This document shows, piece by piece, positions 17,804-27,918 of a stretch of DNA of 64,000 bases. Position numbers and translations under genes: made by a program. A model generated the notes under the pieces. It saw only the letters and a list, made by a program, of their open reading frames with translations, was not told the DNA's origin and did not search any database. The stretch comes from a virus (taxonomy: Duplodnaviria > Heunggongvirae > Uroviricota > Caudoviricetes), in the IMG/VR virus record IMGVR_UViG_3300022562_001204, positions 14,551-78,550 of that record; one strand, 5' to 3'. How positions within the stretch are numbered: the stretch's first letter is position 1; each line of letters opens with the position of its first letter.

Positions 17804-17837
17804 AACCTACTCCGATATGCTCGTACAGCTTGTTATA

Positions 17838-19043
17838 TTAGCTCAATTTCAGCATGTAGTACAGCTGAAGCAGAGCCGACGCTTCTTCGCTATCGCTGCT
17901 GTATCCCGGGATCGAGATCAGTTCAGCCATGCGGAAGTCGTTACCGTAGACGGTACCGTTGATGTTCGGTGAGCCGCCTCGGATATCCGCCGTAGCCGCA
18001 ATGGGCGTCACGGTCGAATCAGAACTGTAGGTTGTTACAGCCACGCCGTCCAGGTACGCCTGGTACTGAGTCCTTCCCGTAGCGCTAGGACGGTAGGCCA
18101 GGGAGTACATATGGACTTCCTCGTCGGTTACTACGGCATCCTGACGAGGGAGGCTGGCGTATGCCGTGACCGTCCCACTAGGGTTATAGACCATGAGTCC
18201 GTCCTGGATGAACGCACCCGACGTGATGCCAGTCCCATTTGTCGCAACAGACCCCCAGAGGAAGCGGGCAGTCGTACCCGCGGTAACGGATGCCGCCTTG
18301 GCCAGGAACACCGAGACAATCCAACCATTCGTCTCAGAGGCACCTTGGGTCCATAGGGTACCGGGTAGCGTAAAGCCGCCCAGGTTCGTCTGACCTTGAG
18401 GTTTGTAGGATTTCAACGCATTGCTGATCGCTGTACCGCTTTCAGCGGTCGCCATGTACGAGCCATCGTTTCCATTACCCGAGGAGTCCGACATCACTGA
18501 CCCCGTGGAGAGGTCGTCCAGTCGGTACCAGGAGTATGGTCGCGCGATGGTTTGTACTGCGGTCACCAGAGCGTCGTCATTCCCGCTATCGTCATCTGAT
18601 TCCAGCTCAATAGCCTCGCTGAACTCGGTTTCGATGTACTCATCACCGGTCTCTCGCTCCAGATACTCCGTATCCTCTTCCTGGTAGATGTCCTCATAAG
18701 GGACTCTGGACAGGACTGGGAAGAAGGCCCTGGGGAGGGTAACGTAGCAGACATGGACTTCATCCTCAGGCCCTGGCGCTTTGTTCTGGATCTGCTCCAG
18801 ACGGTAAGGCGTGAAGTCAGGAAGTTCGGCAAAGCCCGTGATGTACGAGCGTACACGGAGATAGGCACCGGCAATCACAGTCTGAATTTCAAACCCAAGT
18901 CGCGTATACACGCGACCTGGGATGAATTTCGTGGTGATTTGCGTGGTGCCGACCCGTATGTCCGAATACGCGTAGAACGCTTCATCGACCAACTCAATGA
19001 GTCGTTCGATCTCTACGGTAGGGATCACTACAGATTGAGCCAT
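17838..19043 (-). CDS. Virion-associated protein with C-terminal LamG/ConA-like lectin domain
   Basis: PYSWYRLDD...DSSGNGNDGSY, and HMYSLAY...YLDGV; acidic linker. Confidence 0.7.
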   Translation of the reverse strand: MAQSVVIPTVEIERLIELVDEAFYAYSDIRVGTTQITTKFIPGRVYTRLGFEIQTVIAGAYLRVRSYITGFAELPDFTPYRLEQIQNKAPGPEDEVHVCYVTLPRAFFPVLSRVPYEDIYQEEDTEYLERETGDEYIETEFSEAIELESDDDSGNDDALVTAVQTIARPYSWYRLDDLSTGSVMSDSSGNGNDGSYMATAESGTAISNALKSYKPQGQTNLGGFTLPGTLWTQGASETNGWIVSVFLAKAASVTAGTTARFLWGSVATNGTGITSGAFIQDGLMVYNPSGTVTAYASLPRQDAVVTDEEVHMYSLAYRPSATGRTQYQAYLDGVAVTTYSSDSTVTPIAATADIRGGSPNINGTVYGNDFRMAELISIPGYSSDSEEASALLQLYYMLKLS

Positions 19044-19049
19044 GAGGGG

Positions 19050-19067
19050 TTCCTTATATAAGGAGTC
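19050..19067 (-). promoter_or_regulatory. GACTCCTTATATAAGGA motif overlapping the RBS
   Basis: Directly upstream of ATG 19043. Confidence 0.65.
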
Positions 19068-19084
19068 GAAAGGTCAAAGGATAC

Positions 19085-19495
19085 TTAACCTTCCGTATTA
19101 CCTGCCTTACTGTCGGGGTCCATGGCGTCAATCTCGGCCTGGAGCTGGGCCAGCTCCTCTTCCTCGGTCTGGTAAATGACCGGCTCGTTCGAATCAGTCT
19201 TTTCAACCACCTCAGGAAGATCTTCTTCAGTGGTACTGAGTTCGCTGGATGTATCCTCGAGGGTAGTTTCCACAACTTCCTCTTCGGTTTCGGATGCGTC
19301 GGATTCATCGATCGGATCTGCATCGAGGGATTCTTCTTGGAGAACGGACTCTTCACGAGCGATGAACTCGTCTTTGGCCTTCTCTACTGCGGATTTACTG
19401 AACTGGATCTGCTCTTCCTTGGGCAGGAGTTCTTCGGTCGTCGTCGAGATACTACTGCGACGGTGACGGTGAGTTTGAAAGATACGGTTGATCAT
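19085..19495 (-). CDS. Acidic hypothetical protein
   Basis: E/D-rich ORF overlapping the upstream stop (ATGA). Confidence 0.65.
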   Translation of the reverse strand: MINRIFQTHRHRRSSISTTTEELLPKEEQIQFSKSAVEKAKDEFIAREESVLQEESLDADPIDESDASETEEEVVETTLEDTSSELSTTEEDLPEVVEKTDSNEPVIYQTEEEELAQLQAEIDAMDPDSKAGNTEG

Positions 19496-20895
19496 GAAGC
19501 GACCCCTTGGTCTTCGTAATCGGGCACAAAGGTAGTCACCTCAGTGGCCAGCGTTACGATACAATTAGTAAGGTACAGCGTATTGGAGAGGGTATTACTC
19601 TGCATGACAGTGGCGATCTCCACGGTCTGGACAGTTCCTTTGATCTCGACCAGGTTTTCACCCTGCATAAAGACATACTTGGCAGGCATACCGGGGTACA
19701 GCAGGTCTGGGTTGGCATTCTCCCAGGTGAGTCGCACAATCGCCGTCTGTCTGGCGGCGATCTTGGATAGCTGCGAATAGGGGTTGGTACTGTAGTCATT
19801 CACCACTGGTGAGTTGGTGAGTCCGTCATCGCGACTAATGAATGATACCTCTCGATTCAGGTTAGCGCGTGAGGCTACAGGCTCGTTGTTGTCGAATGTG
19901 GCGGGTTTGGTGGTGAACGCAGTCTGGTCCACCATACGAAATCCGACGCCCTCATTCATCTGAGTGATGTCGTCCACACTAAAATACAGCCTTTCAGCCG
20001 TAACTGCAATACTCAGAGAGCTGGCATCAGCCAGGTAGGTTCGTTCCATACCCGTGGTGATCTGCTTGGGTGTGGCATAGAAGGTCACCACATCCCGCCC
20101 GGTGTTATTATCAAACCGGGTATGGTCGTAGAGCGGGTACACGAACCAGAGGCCTAAGTCGTTGTATGTCTGGAAGTACGTACCGATAGCGTTCTTATAC
20201 ACCCCGCCGATACGCTCCTGGATGTACGTAGGGACACGGATCGCCCGTGTCCCTGACGGAAACACCGCCTGAGTGAAGACGGTTGTGTTGTCTGGCTCGA
20301 CCAGATCGATACCGTCTGCCGAGGGAGTGCCCGAGATCTGTACCTTCTGAGCCTGACCCAGTAATAGTGCGCTGATCAGCTGTTTCGCCGTGGCTCCACG
20401 GTAGACCCCATCGACCATCTTGAAGCGAAATGCCTCGACGCGACGATCTAGAAGCTGGAGGGAGACAGACACCAGAGTGCTGTTGTTCAGGTCAGACTGC
20501 TTGCGACTTCCGATCTCTGTCCCCACGAAGTTCGGATTGGTTGGATCGAAAGTGACCTTGTAGACCGTTTCCGTCACTGAGGAGTCCCCCGAAGAGGAGT
20601 CCCCTGACTCATTCAGAACCGTCTTACTTAGAGTGAGCTCCAGGTTATGACGGTTTGGATAGATCAAGTAGACGTAATCACCCCAGGGGACGTTGATACG
20701 GATCTGAGTATGGTCCGTAATGGAGGAGGCATAGTCCCGAAATACATTCACGGACTCGATGTTCAAGATGGTGTAATCGAGCGACGAAGTGCTCAGTATC
20801 GCGGATAGGCGGGTACGGACTGGTTTGGATGAGGACTGCATGATCGGATTCACCGAGGCGTAGATCGGTGAGGTCTTGAAGTTCTCGATACTCAT
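19492..20895 (-). CDS. Baseplate hub-type virion protein (phiKZ gp101 position)
   Basis: 467 aa; synteny; C-terminal LLYPGMP...GTV typical of gp27/VgrG-like hubs. Confidence 0.6.
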   Translation of the reverse strand: MSIENFKTSPIYASVNPIMQSSSKPVRTRLSAILSTSSLDYTILNIESVNVFRDYASSITDHTQIRINVPWGDYVYLIYPNRHNLELTLSKTVLNESGDSSSGDSSVTETVYKVTFDPTNPNFVGTEIGSRKQSDLNNSTLVSVSLQLLDRRVEAFRFKMVDGVYRGATAKQLISALLLGQAQKVQISGTPSADGIDLVEPDNTTVFTQAVFPSGTRAIRVPTYIQERIGGVYKNAIGTYFQTYNDLGLWFVYPLYDHTRFDNNTGRDVVTFYATPKQITTGMERTYLADASSLSIAVTAERLYFSVDDITQMNEGVGFRMVDQTAFTTKPATFDNNEPVASRANLNREVSFISRDDGLTNSPVVNDYSTNPYSQLSKIAARQTAIVRLTWENANPDLLYPGMPAKYVFMQGENLVEIKGTVQTVEIATVMQSNTLSNTLYLTNCIVTLATEVTTFVPDYEDQGVAS

Positions 20896-21581
20896 TCGTC
20901 GAAGTTCCTGAACATCCCGGCTGTGGGGGCCGTATTGTATTTCGGCTCCGTTGCTTCTTTATTTTGAACGTTGGAGATACCGGTCTTGAAGAAGTCCATG
21001 AGCGGGTCTCGGTCCGGCATCCGGGGTGGCTGGGTATTGCTACTGGAGATACCGGGAACATTACCCATACCTGCACGCTGTAGCTTCTTCGGATCAAAGA
21101 AGTTACTCATGTTGATCCGCTGAGCACCCTCGTAGGCCGTGTGGACACCCTGTGTCAGCATCCGTTTACCTCCAACATCCCTGGCGTAGGCGTAGATGTC
21201 TGTCGCGAACTGGTCCATAAGGACCAGGTCATCCAAGGGAGCGTTCCTGACGTTGAACATCGTGGCCAGCGCTTCCTTCCAGGCCAAAAGGTGTTCTTGC
21301 ACCACATCGTAGATTGCCTTGGTGTCGTCAACCTTTACAATGGAGAACGGTACACCCCTGCGGTAGTACTCCACCATCTGGTCGATGGTCTTGTTCTGCA
21401 ACTCGAAAGCATCGACCAACTCGGCATCCAGCTTACGGTTACCCGTCAATAGCACACCTCTCCTCTTGACGTCCTCAATGGTCCGGGAGGAGAGGGCTGG
21501 GGCTTTGATTTTGTAATACCAGCCCCAGATGTGTTCGCAGGTAGTCAGTTTGACCTTGGGTCTCTTATAGACGTTAGCCAT
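20892..21581 (-). CDS. Conserved hypothetical protein (phiKZ gp100 position)
   Basis: ORF and synteny. Confidence 0.6.
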   Translation of the reverse strand: MANVYKRPKVKLTTCEHIWGWYYKIKAPALSSRTIEDVKRRGVLLTGNRKLDAELVDAFELQNKTIDQMVEYYRRGVPFSIVKVDDTKAIYDVVQEHLLAWKEALATMFNVRNAPLDDLVLMDQFATDIYAYARDVGGKRMLTQGVHTAYEGAQRINMSNFFDPKKLQRAGMGNVPGISSSNTQPPRMPDRDPLMDFFKTGISNVQNKEATEPKYNTAPTAGMFRNFDE

Positions 21582-21588
21582 AGGTCCC

Positions 21589-23022
21589 TCAAGTGTATTG
21601 TGTCCGGCGAGTATCCTGGATCAGGGTCAGCAGGATAGGCGCGTAGTAGAACTGTTCCAACCTGGGGAGCTTATAGAAAGCTGCGGTCAGGGCGTACAGC
21701 TGGGACAGATTGACGGCTTCGCCATTCAGGTAGGTCCATACGAGACTTTCCAGGAGACACTGACTGTCGCTTTGGGTGTAGAAGGCTTCACTCAGGACGT
21801 AGTAGGTATCCTCCAGAACCTTCTTGTAGAGAATGACCGTCCCGTCCTCGGTGGTGAAGTTGTTGTCCGTCGTCCCAAAGAACGTCGTATCGTCCCCAGT
21901 ACTGTCGACAAAATCGTACAGCCACTCCTTAAGACCCGGGTCACCCGGCAGTCTGGTCGACTCATCCCCCGTGCTCGGGTAGACGAAGTAGTTCACCATG
22001 TACCAGCCCGCGCCCAGGATGTACTTGTCCCGGTTGAACTCTTCGCGGCGTGCCAGCATCATGGTCTTGTTGCAGGCCGATACATACACGGGGTTGCGGG
22101 ACTGTAGTAGCTTCCAGAACTGGGGCTGTAACATGTAAGGGTCCTGGTCATTACCCAGGATCCGACACTCCTGGATCTCAGCAGCATCGGAAACATTCAC
22201 GATGGAGAGGAACATCGACATCAAAAAGCTGTCGTAAGCCCGACCATCCTGGCCAGGAACCAGCAGTGTCTTGGTCTGACGGTTGAAGAAGACGCTGAAG
22301 TAATACGTCATGATGTCCCCATACTGCTTGTACAGGTCATCGATGTACTTGTTCTCCTGCTCTTTCACCAGAGGGCTAAAGCCCTCGATCAGCCGATCAC
22401 TCCGAAAGTAGTAGGTCTTCTGGACCTTCGTATTGAGGTTGTCAACCCAAGCCTTCGGGTCACCCGTGTTGGCGTATCCCACCATGGCGTAGTCAATCTG
22501 GTACAGACTGTCCCGGTTCATGGAGAGACGGGTGACATCGGTCACCCGGAACAACGCAGGGGTACCCCGGGTCGTCTTGACCACAAAGTAGTCGTAAGCG
22601 TTCGGGATGATCCCCGGCATCATCGTGGCACTGCCGGTGACGTTACTCAGGGCTGTGTTGTCATCGTAGTTGAACTCCAGGGGGGTCTCTACCCGGACAT
22701 CCAACCCGATGACCTTCTGGTAGGGCTGGTAGGTCGCTGCCTGGGCAGGATCCAACTCACGAGCATCGTTGTGCTCACCCAGGATCTGACCATAGTAGTC
22801 GATCGTCTGGGCATATCCCTCAACATAGGCTGTGAGACTCTGTAGGTTGTGGTACTTGTCATCAACCACCACACCCTTGTACTCATCCGGCGCCGTCTTC
22901 GGAGTGTTCAGGTTCTCAGGGAAGGTGGTGGTCGGCTTGTAATTCGCAATAGGCATGACGACGTCCTGTACGCAGATAAGGTCATAGCATGAAGCCCACC
23001 AGACAACAATCAGTACGGACAC
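21589..23022 (-). CDS. Virion structural protein (phiKZ gp99 position)
   Basis: 477 aa; PGIIPNAYDYF and FYYAPILL motifs; synteny. Confidence 0.6.
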   Translation of the reverse strand: MSVLIVVWWASCYDLICVQDVVMPIANYKPTTTFPENLNTPKTAPDEYKGVVVDDKYHNLQSLTAYVEGYAQTIDYYGQILGEHNDARELDPAQAATYQPYQKVIGLDVRVETPLEFNYDDNTALSNVTGSATMMPGIIPNAYDYFVVKTTRGTPALFRVTDVTRLSMNRDSLYQIDYAMVGYANTGDPKAWVDNLNTKVQKTYYFRSDRLIEGFSPLVKEQENKYIDDLYKQYGDIMTYYFSVFFNRQTKTLLVPGQDGRAYDSFLMSMFLSIVNVSDAAEIQECRILGNDQDPYMLQPQFWKLLQSRNPVYVSACNKTMMLARREEFNRDKYILGAGWYMVNYFVYPSTGDESTRLPGDPGLKEWLYDFVDSTGDDTTFFGTTDNNFTTEDGTVILYKKVLEDTYYVLSEAFYTQSDSQCLLESLVWTYLNGEAVNLSQLYALTAAFYKLPRLEQFYYAPILLTLIQDTRRTQYT

Positions 23023-23050
23023 CCTCCGAAGAAGGTGTCCGTACCGAAGC

Positions 23051-23434
23051 TCAGCGAGTGAAACGTATGGAAGTCACATACAACAGTACACCGAACCTGC
23101 CCTCTTTCAGGTTCACATGATAACCTGAAAATTCAAGTATTCGGATGATCAGCTTCATGATGAGCATTTCGGCGTCTATCCGTTTCATTGACGTCCTGGT
23201 CATCAGGTTCTTCCTGAGGAGCAGCAGGTACTCGTCATTTGTCGGTACAGGGAACGTCATGGTGTCGCTGTTTACCAGTTTGTGCATGAACGCTCTGGAT
23301 TCCAAACGGCGGATCACCCACGGCCCTAAAGACCTCACGAGGCGTATCACGATGGGAGTTGGGACTACATTCCCGAGCCCGTCGTCTTGCACTGCTTCTT
23401 CGACAGCAGCAGCCCCTATGTCAATTGACATCAT
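23051..23434 (-). CDS. Hypothetical protein
   Basis: GGAG RBS; co-oriented ORF. Confidence 0.6.
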   Translation of the reverse strand: MMSIDIGAAAVEEAVQDDGLGNVVPTPIVIRLVRSLGPWVIRRLESRAFMHKLVNSDTMTFPVPTNDEYLLLLRKNLMTRTSMKRIDAEMLIMKLIIRILEFSGYHVNLKEGRFGVLLYVTSIRFTR

Positions 23435-23484
23435 GTCTCTCCAGGTCGTACTAACCTATTGAGGCCTCACCTAACAAAAAGACA

Positions 23485-23518
23485 TAGGATACACCCGGGT
23501 CTCCCCGGGTGTATCCTA
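23485..23518 (-). terminator. Terminator after the gp93-family gene
   Basis: 15-bp stem followed by a U-tract. Confidence 0.8.
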
Positions 23519-23533
23519 GTCTCAATTCACAAC

Positions 23534-24802
23534 TTAGGCAGCGACGCCTTCGCCTTCACCCGGAGCTTCCTTCGCTTCCTTGGCATCGCCAAGGTTGCTG
23601 ATGCAGGCGGAAGCGTAGTCGCTGGCAGCCTTGACCACGCTGTAGTTCTGAGAGCAAGCGCTGCCCATCAGAGTACCGGCGGAGGTCACCAGGCTGCGAG
23701 CAACTGCGAAACGCTTCTTGAAGGTCTCGCGGGAGGCAGTGCCGGCTTCGCCCTGAGCAGCCAGCTTCTTGTCGACATCCTTGCCCTCGGAATCCACTTC
23801 CTTGAGGATCTTGTCGAACGCCTTCTGAGCGAGCTTGTTCTCGTCGGCAGCCTTCATGGCTTCGGCGACGAACTTCTCGATCTCTTCGATGAAGGGAACG
23901 ATCTCACCCGGCTTCAGGGCCGGCATGGACTCTGCCACCTTTTCCGTTTCCTTGAACGAGATCGAGAAGATGGCATCTTCGATGCCGACTTCCAGGTCGC
24001 GACCGCCGAAGAGAGGACCGAAGGTCGTCTTTCCATCCACCATCATGGCTTTGGCAATCTCGTCGGACTTCCCGATGAGATCTTCCACGCTGGCAATCTT
24101 GGTGGCCACGTTCTGGGAAGCCTTCACCAGGTCGGCCTGGTTCTGGGCGATTTCCTTGATGGTGACCACGTCGCACTTGCCGTCGACGCTGAAGGCGCGC
24201 AGCACGCTGCCCTTGGTGATGGTTTCGCTCTTCGGCTTGGTTTCAGGAGCGATGGTCTTGGCTTTGCTCTTCAGCAACTCGAGATGCTTCTGAAGTTTGG
24301 CCAGGTTCGGGCCGAGGTTCGCGAAGAACGCTTTCAGCTTCGCCATGACCTTGGCGATGATCTGCTTCAGCTGTTCGATGACCTTCTTGACGAAGTCACC
24401 GACTTCTTCCAGGGCCAGACGGGTCGCTTCGCGGCGGCTCTTCGGGTTGGCGAAGTTTTCCATGGACGGCACGCGGCCAGCGCGGCCAGCGTACTTCAGG
24501 CGGGTCTTGATCGATTCGATCGTGACTTCGGCCAGCTTGGCAGTGGTTTCGTCCATGCCTTCGCCGCCGTCATCCAGGGTTTCCGCCATCGTGTCGGCAG
24601 TATCGGTCAGCGTGTCAACGGACTCACCAGCGGCGTCAGACATTTCCACGACATCGTCGATCTCATCCGACATTTCAGCAGCTTCGTCGTCGGCGTCCTG
24701 AATTTCACCAGCGGATTCCAGGATCTCGGAATCATCCACCGGCGTTTCTTCCTGAACTTCCAGATCTTCGGCTTCGAGAGAGAAAAACTTGTTGCGGGAC
24801 AT
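23534..24802 (-). CDS. Inner-head/ejection protein (phiKZ gp93-97 family)
   Basis: Acidic propeptide ending PSME-NF, then ALEEVGDFVKKVIEQLK amphipathic helix; highly biased codons. Confidence 0.8.
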   Translation of the reverse strand: MSRNKFFSLEAEDLEVQEETPVDDSEILESAGEIQDADDEAAEMSDEIDDVVEMSDAAGESVDTLTDTADTMAETLDDGGEGMDETTAKLAEVTIESIKTRLKYAGRAGRVPSMENFANPKSRREATRLALEEVGDFVKKVIEQLKQIIAKVMAKLKAFFANLGPNLAKLQKHLELLKSKAKTIAPETKPKSETITKGSVLRAFSVDGKCDVVTIKEIAQNQADLVKASQNVATKIASVEDLIGKSDEIAKAMMVDGKTTFGPLFGGRDLEVGIEDAIFSISFKETEKVAESMPALKPGEIVPFIEEIEKFVAEAMKAADENKLAQKAFDKILKEVDSEGKDVDKKLAAQGEAGTASRETFKKRFAVARSLVTSAGTLMGSACSQNYSVVKAASDYASACISNLGDAKEAKEAPGEGEGVAA

Positions 24803-24984
24803 ATAAGCACTCCAGCTTGAATGGTAACAATCGATTGTTAGCTCTTGGGTGAGCCACTCCCAGGTATGCTCTCGTGCCGGCCTTGCACCCGATGAATGAG
24901 CATCCCAAAAGATAGTTGAGCAACCTCGCCCGGGGTTAGCGGGCGATATCGCACCTCAAAGCACTTGTTCTAAACTATAAGTAC
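24803..24984 (-). promoter_or_regulatory. Structured 5' leader of the gp93-family gene (candidate cis-regulatory RNA)
   Basis: 180-nt non-coding gap with several nested helices found by hand-folding. Confidence 0.4.
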
Positions 24985-26445
24985 TTAAAATGCCTTGAGG
25001 TTCTTCTCGACGAACGTCAGTGTGGACGTAATCAGACGTACGATGTACGTGTGGGTATCCATGGCACCGGGTAGATACACACGGTCGATGAAGTTGTTGC
25101 GCAGGTAGACGTACTCGGCCAGGGAGTCCGAGATCGACACCTTCTTCTGCTTCTTGGTGATGTCTTCGAAGTACCGATGATAGACATACCGGAGTTTGAG
25201 CTTCTGGTCTTTGAGGTCTTCGTAGAACACCTGGTGCTTGACACCTGCTTCGCGGAGTTCCTCCAGAAGGTCGAGGATCTTGGAGAGATCCTCCTTTGAC
25301 AGGAAGGGCGTGGTCAGCACTTCTTGGTAGTCTTCCTTGTCGATCGCCAGGAAGAGCATGCTGTTGTTGTAGGCCTTTGCCGTCAACGAGATGTCTTCTA
25401 GGTCCTGTCTGGGGAAGAACCCAGCCAGAACGATGTCGCCCGGTAGGGTACGGTTCAGTCGGAAGGGTGTGACGGTCTCGTCGTATTGGTCATACCCAGC
25501 TACGGTACCTTCCACCAACCCGGGGATATGGGTCGAGATGACCATGGCCTTCGGGGCGTTAGAGATCGTCCCGTCCTTAAACAGTTCGATCAGGTACCGA
25601 ATGCTCTGGAGATCGGCTCTGACGCTCTTACTGATCCCATCAAACGTCTGGTTCACAAAGGCAGTAGCCTGCGGCAGGCTCTGGAGCAGGTTGACCTCAC
25701 CCTTGATCTTCAGCCGGTTGAGAACCTTGACATTCCCAAAGTCCCCCGTCAGGTCCCCCTCAGGGACCTCCACGGCCTCCAGGGCCTTCCTGGCTTCAGC
25801 GATTCGGTCTTCCAGTCTACTGAAGCTTTCCTTCTGACGACGGATGGTCTGTTCCAGTGCCGTCATGGAGACAGCCATGGCGTACCCCAGACGACCGAAG
25901 ATGTACAGCACGCCCTTGAAGACCAGCTTAGTCAGTCGAGTGATCGCCTGAGCTGTGGCCTTGATGCCAAAGATAGCCAGGTAAGCCGACATGGCCACGA
26001 TGTTTTCAACCGTCGATACGGCATCAGCAGCGCTCCCTTCGACACCTCCACCATCACCCAACAGTCCTTCATTCGACACGCTCAGAAGCCCGCGCGTCTT
26101 TGACAGGTACCTCAGGGACTCTGCGGAGACCTCATCAGGGATGTCGATCGGAGCCTCGTCAGACTCCTCATCCTTGTCGGTTGATGTATCGGTGTCAGAC
26201 TCAGCAGTCTCATCAACGGAATCAGAGGACTCTTCGGATGACACCGAAGAGTCCTCTGACGTATCGTCTTCTTCCTGCTGTTCTTCCACCTTCTTGTCCG
26301 TGTAGATTTCCGTGAAGTCCGAGGTCTTCTCAGCCAGGTCTTCCGACCGGATGACTTGCTCGAGCTCCAGGTCCTCTAGCGCGGGGGTTGGCGTAAAGAA
26401 CGACTTTCTCACGGGATCACCCCACCACTTTGCGACGTTTGCCAA
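24985..26445 (-). CDS. Head protein with acidic propeptide (phiKZ gp92 position)
   Basis: Acidic N-terminus with ALE/SAE/SNE sites; synteny. Confidence 0.7.
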   Translation of the reverse strand: MANVAKWWGDPVRKSFFTPTPALEDLELEQVIRSEDLAEKTSDFTEIYTDKKVEEQQEEDDTSEDSSVSSEESSDSVDETAESDTDTSTDKDEESDEAPIDIPDEVSAESLRYLSKTRGLLSVSNEGLLGDGGGVEGSAADAVSTVENIVAMSAYLAIFGIKATAQAITRLTKLVFKGVLYIFGRLGYAMAVSMTALEQTIRRQKESFSRLEDRIAEARKALEAVEVPEGDLTGDFGNVKVLNRLKIKGEVNLLQSLPQATAFVNQTFDGISKSVRADLQSIRYLIELFKDGTISNAPKAMVISTHIPGLVEGTVAGYDQYDETVTPFRLNRTLPGDIVLAGFFPRQDLEDISLTAKAYNNSMLFLAIDKEDYQEVLTTPFLSKEDLSKILDLLEELREAGVKHQVFYEDLKDQKLKLRYVYHRYFEDITKKQKKVSISDSLAEYVYLRNNFIDRVYLPGAMDTHTYIVRLITSTLTFVEKNLKAF

Positions 26446-27004
26446 AGATGATACGCAGGCTCGTCAGGAGATCCTGCGTACCGCCGGGTTGTCCAAGCCA
26501 ATGGGCGAGGAACCCGCCCTTGCTCTGAGGGAGGGCATACCCGCCATCATCGGCGATGAAGTACTTCGCTGCCATGATCGACACACCGGGGCCGACGTTA
26601 CCCGAACTCAGTAGCGGAAACCAGAGTGCCGGATCCATACGACGACCCTGACCCGATACATAGTTCAGGGTATCCAGCAGGAAGTTGCGGTGCTGGATCG
26701 TCACTGACGGGGTGTTCACCTGAAGGGCTAGCCAGTCGGTAATCACAGGTGCACCGAAAGCCGCCGAGGCGGCCTTGATGATGCGCTCCTGGAAGTCAAA
26801 GTCATTCACCAACGCCGGGGTACGGAGGGAATCCTCGTAGAGCATCTCCACCGGCTTGTTAAAGAAACCCGTTGACTTGGGGGTCAGGTAATCCTTCATC
26901 AGGATCGCCACACCGAGGTTTTTACCCTCGGTCTCCGGGAATACCAGGTCGTCAGTGGGGTAGGACAGAAACCCCGACTGGAGGATGGGGTACTGGGTGG
27001 CCAT
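26417..27004 (-). CDS. Virion protein (phiKZ gp91 position)
   Basis: ORF, TAATG coupling, synteny. Confidence 0.6.
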   Translation of the reverse strand: MATQYPILQSGFLSYPTDDLVFPETEGKNLGVAILMKDYLTPKSTGFFNKPVEMLYEDSLRTPALVNDFDFQERIIKAASAAFGAPVITDWLALQVNTPSVTIQHRNFLLDTLNYVSGQGRRMDPALWFPLLSSGNVGPGVSIMAAKYFIADDGGYALPQSKGGFLAHWLGQPGGTQDLLTSLRIIFGKRRKVVG

Positions 27005-27897
27005 TAGTCGAGGACCTCTTCCTGCTCGCGAATGTACTTCTCCAGCTTGGAGACCTTACCCTGCCAGAAGGTGATTTCCTTCTCGAGGGCTGGGTTGCTG
27101 GAACCTTCACGGAGCTGTTCGAGATCCAGGATACGGAGCTCCAGGAGTTTCTTCCGATCCTTAGCAGCGTCATACCGGCGCTTCCGCCACTCGGAGACGG
27201 ACATCCGAACCATGTAGATCGGATTGCCACGAAAGTTCTTGAGACCCGGCGGTGTGATGGGATCCAGCTCGGTCTCGCGATAGAGGTTCTCGCTGGTCTG
27301 GTCATTCTTGCTCAGATGCACGTCGATGGCACCGTCAAGGATTTTCTGGAACTTGTCGCTGGGAACACCGTAGGCCGGCACCAGCTTGGCCAGGTTGAAG
27401 GAAGCGTCGACGACTTCACGGACCTCCATCGGGTTCAGGTCCTTCATGACATCACCGCCGTCGATCTCAGCTTTCTCAGCCGACAGGAGGTAGTTGGTCA
27501 GGGCCAGAGCGCTGTTGGCACAGAACTCGAAGTTGCTGACCACGCGGATCAGCATGATCTTCCGGGAGGTGGCACCATCGACGACCACGTCACGACCGAG
27601 TTCAGCCTGGACTTCCTTCTTAAGGACATCCAGATTGTTGTGCATGAACTCCAAGTGTTCAGCAAACTTCGGCAGGAAGGTCTTGGCACCACGAATTCCA
27701 AGTTCCTTCAGGAAGAAGTCATTGACTGTCTTGGCTTCCTTGGACTTGAAACCATCGCTGAAGACCGGGACCATCTGGCGGTAGGCGGGAATGACGATCT
27801 TCTCGAGAAGATCGTCCACGGCGAGGATGCTGTCCATCACGTCGTCTTTCTCGACGCGCGGCAGCAGAGACTTGAAGAAATCCAGAATCGAGGACAT
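27004..27897 (-). CDS. Head protein (phiKZ gp90-like)
   Basis: NPIYMVRM..SEW...RY motif, C-terminal coiled coil, synteny. Confidence 0.7.
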   Translation of the reverse strand: MSSILDFFKSLLPRVEKDDVMDSILAVDDLLEKIVIPAYRQMVPVFSDGFKSKEAKTVNDFFLKELGIRGAKTFLPKFAEHLEFMHNNLDVLKKEVQAELGRDVVVDGATSRKIMLIRVVSNFEFCANSALALTNYLLSAEKAEIDGGDVMKDLNPMEVREVVDASFNLAKLVPAYGVPSDKFQKILDGAIDVHLSKNDQTSENLYRETELDPITPPGLKNFRGNPIYMVRMSVSEWRKRRYDAAKDRKKLLELRILDLEQLREGSSNPALEKEITFWQGKVSKLEKYIREQEEVLD

Positions 27898-27918
27898 GGG
27901 TATTCCTTATATAAGGGC

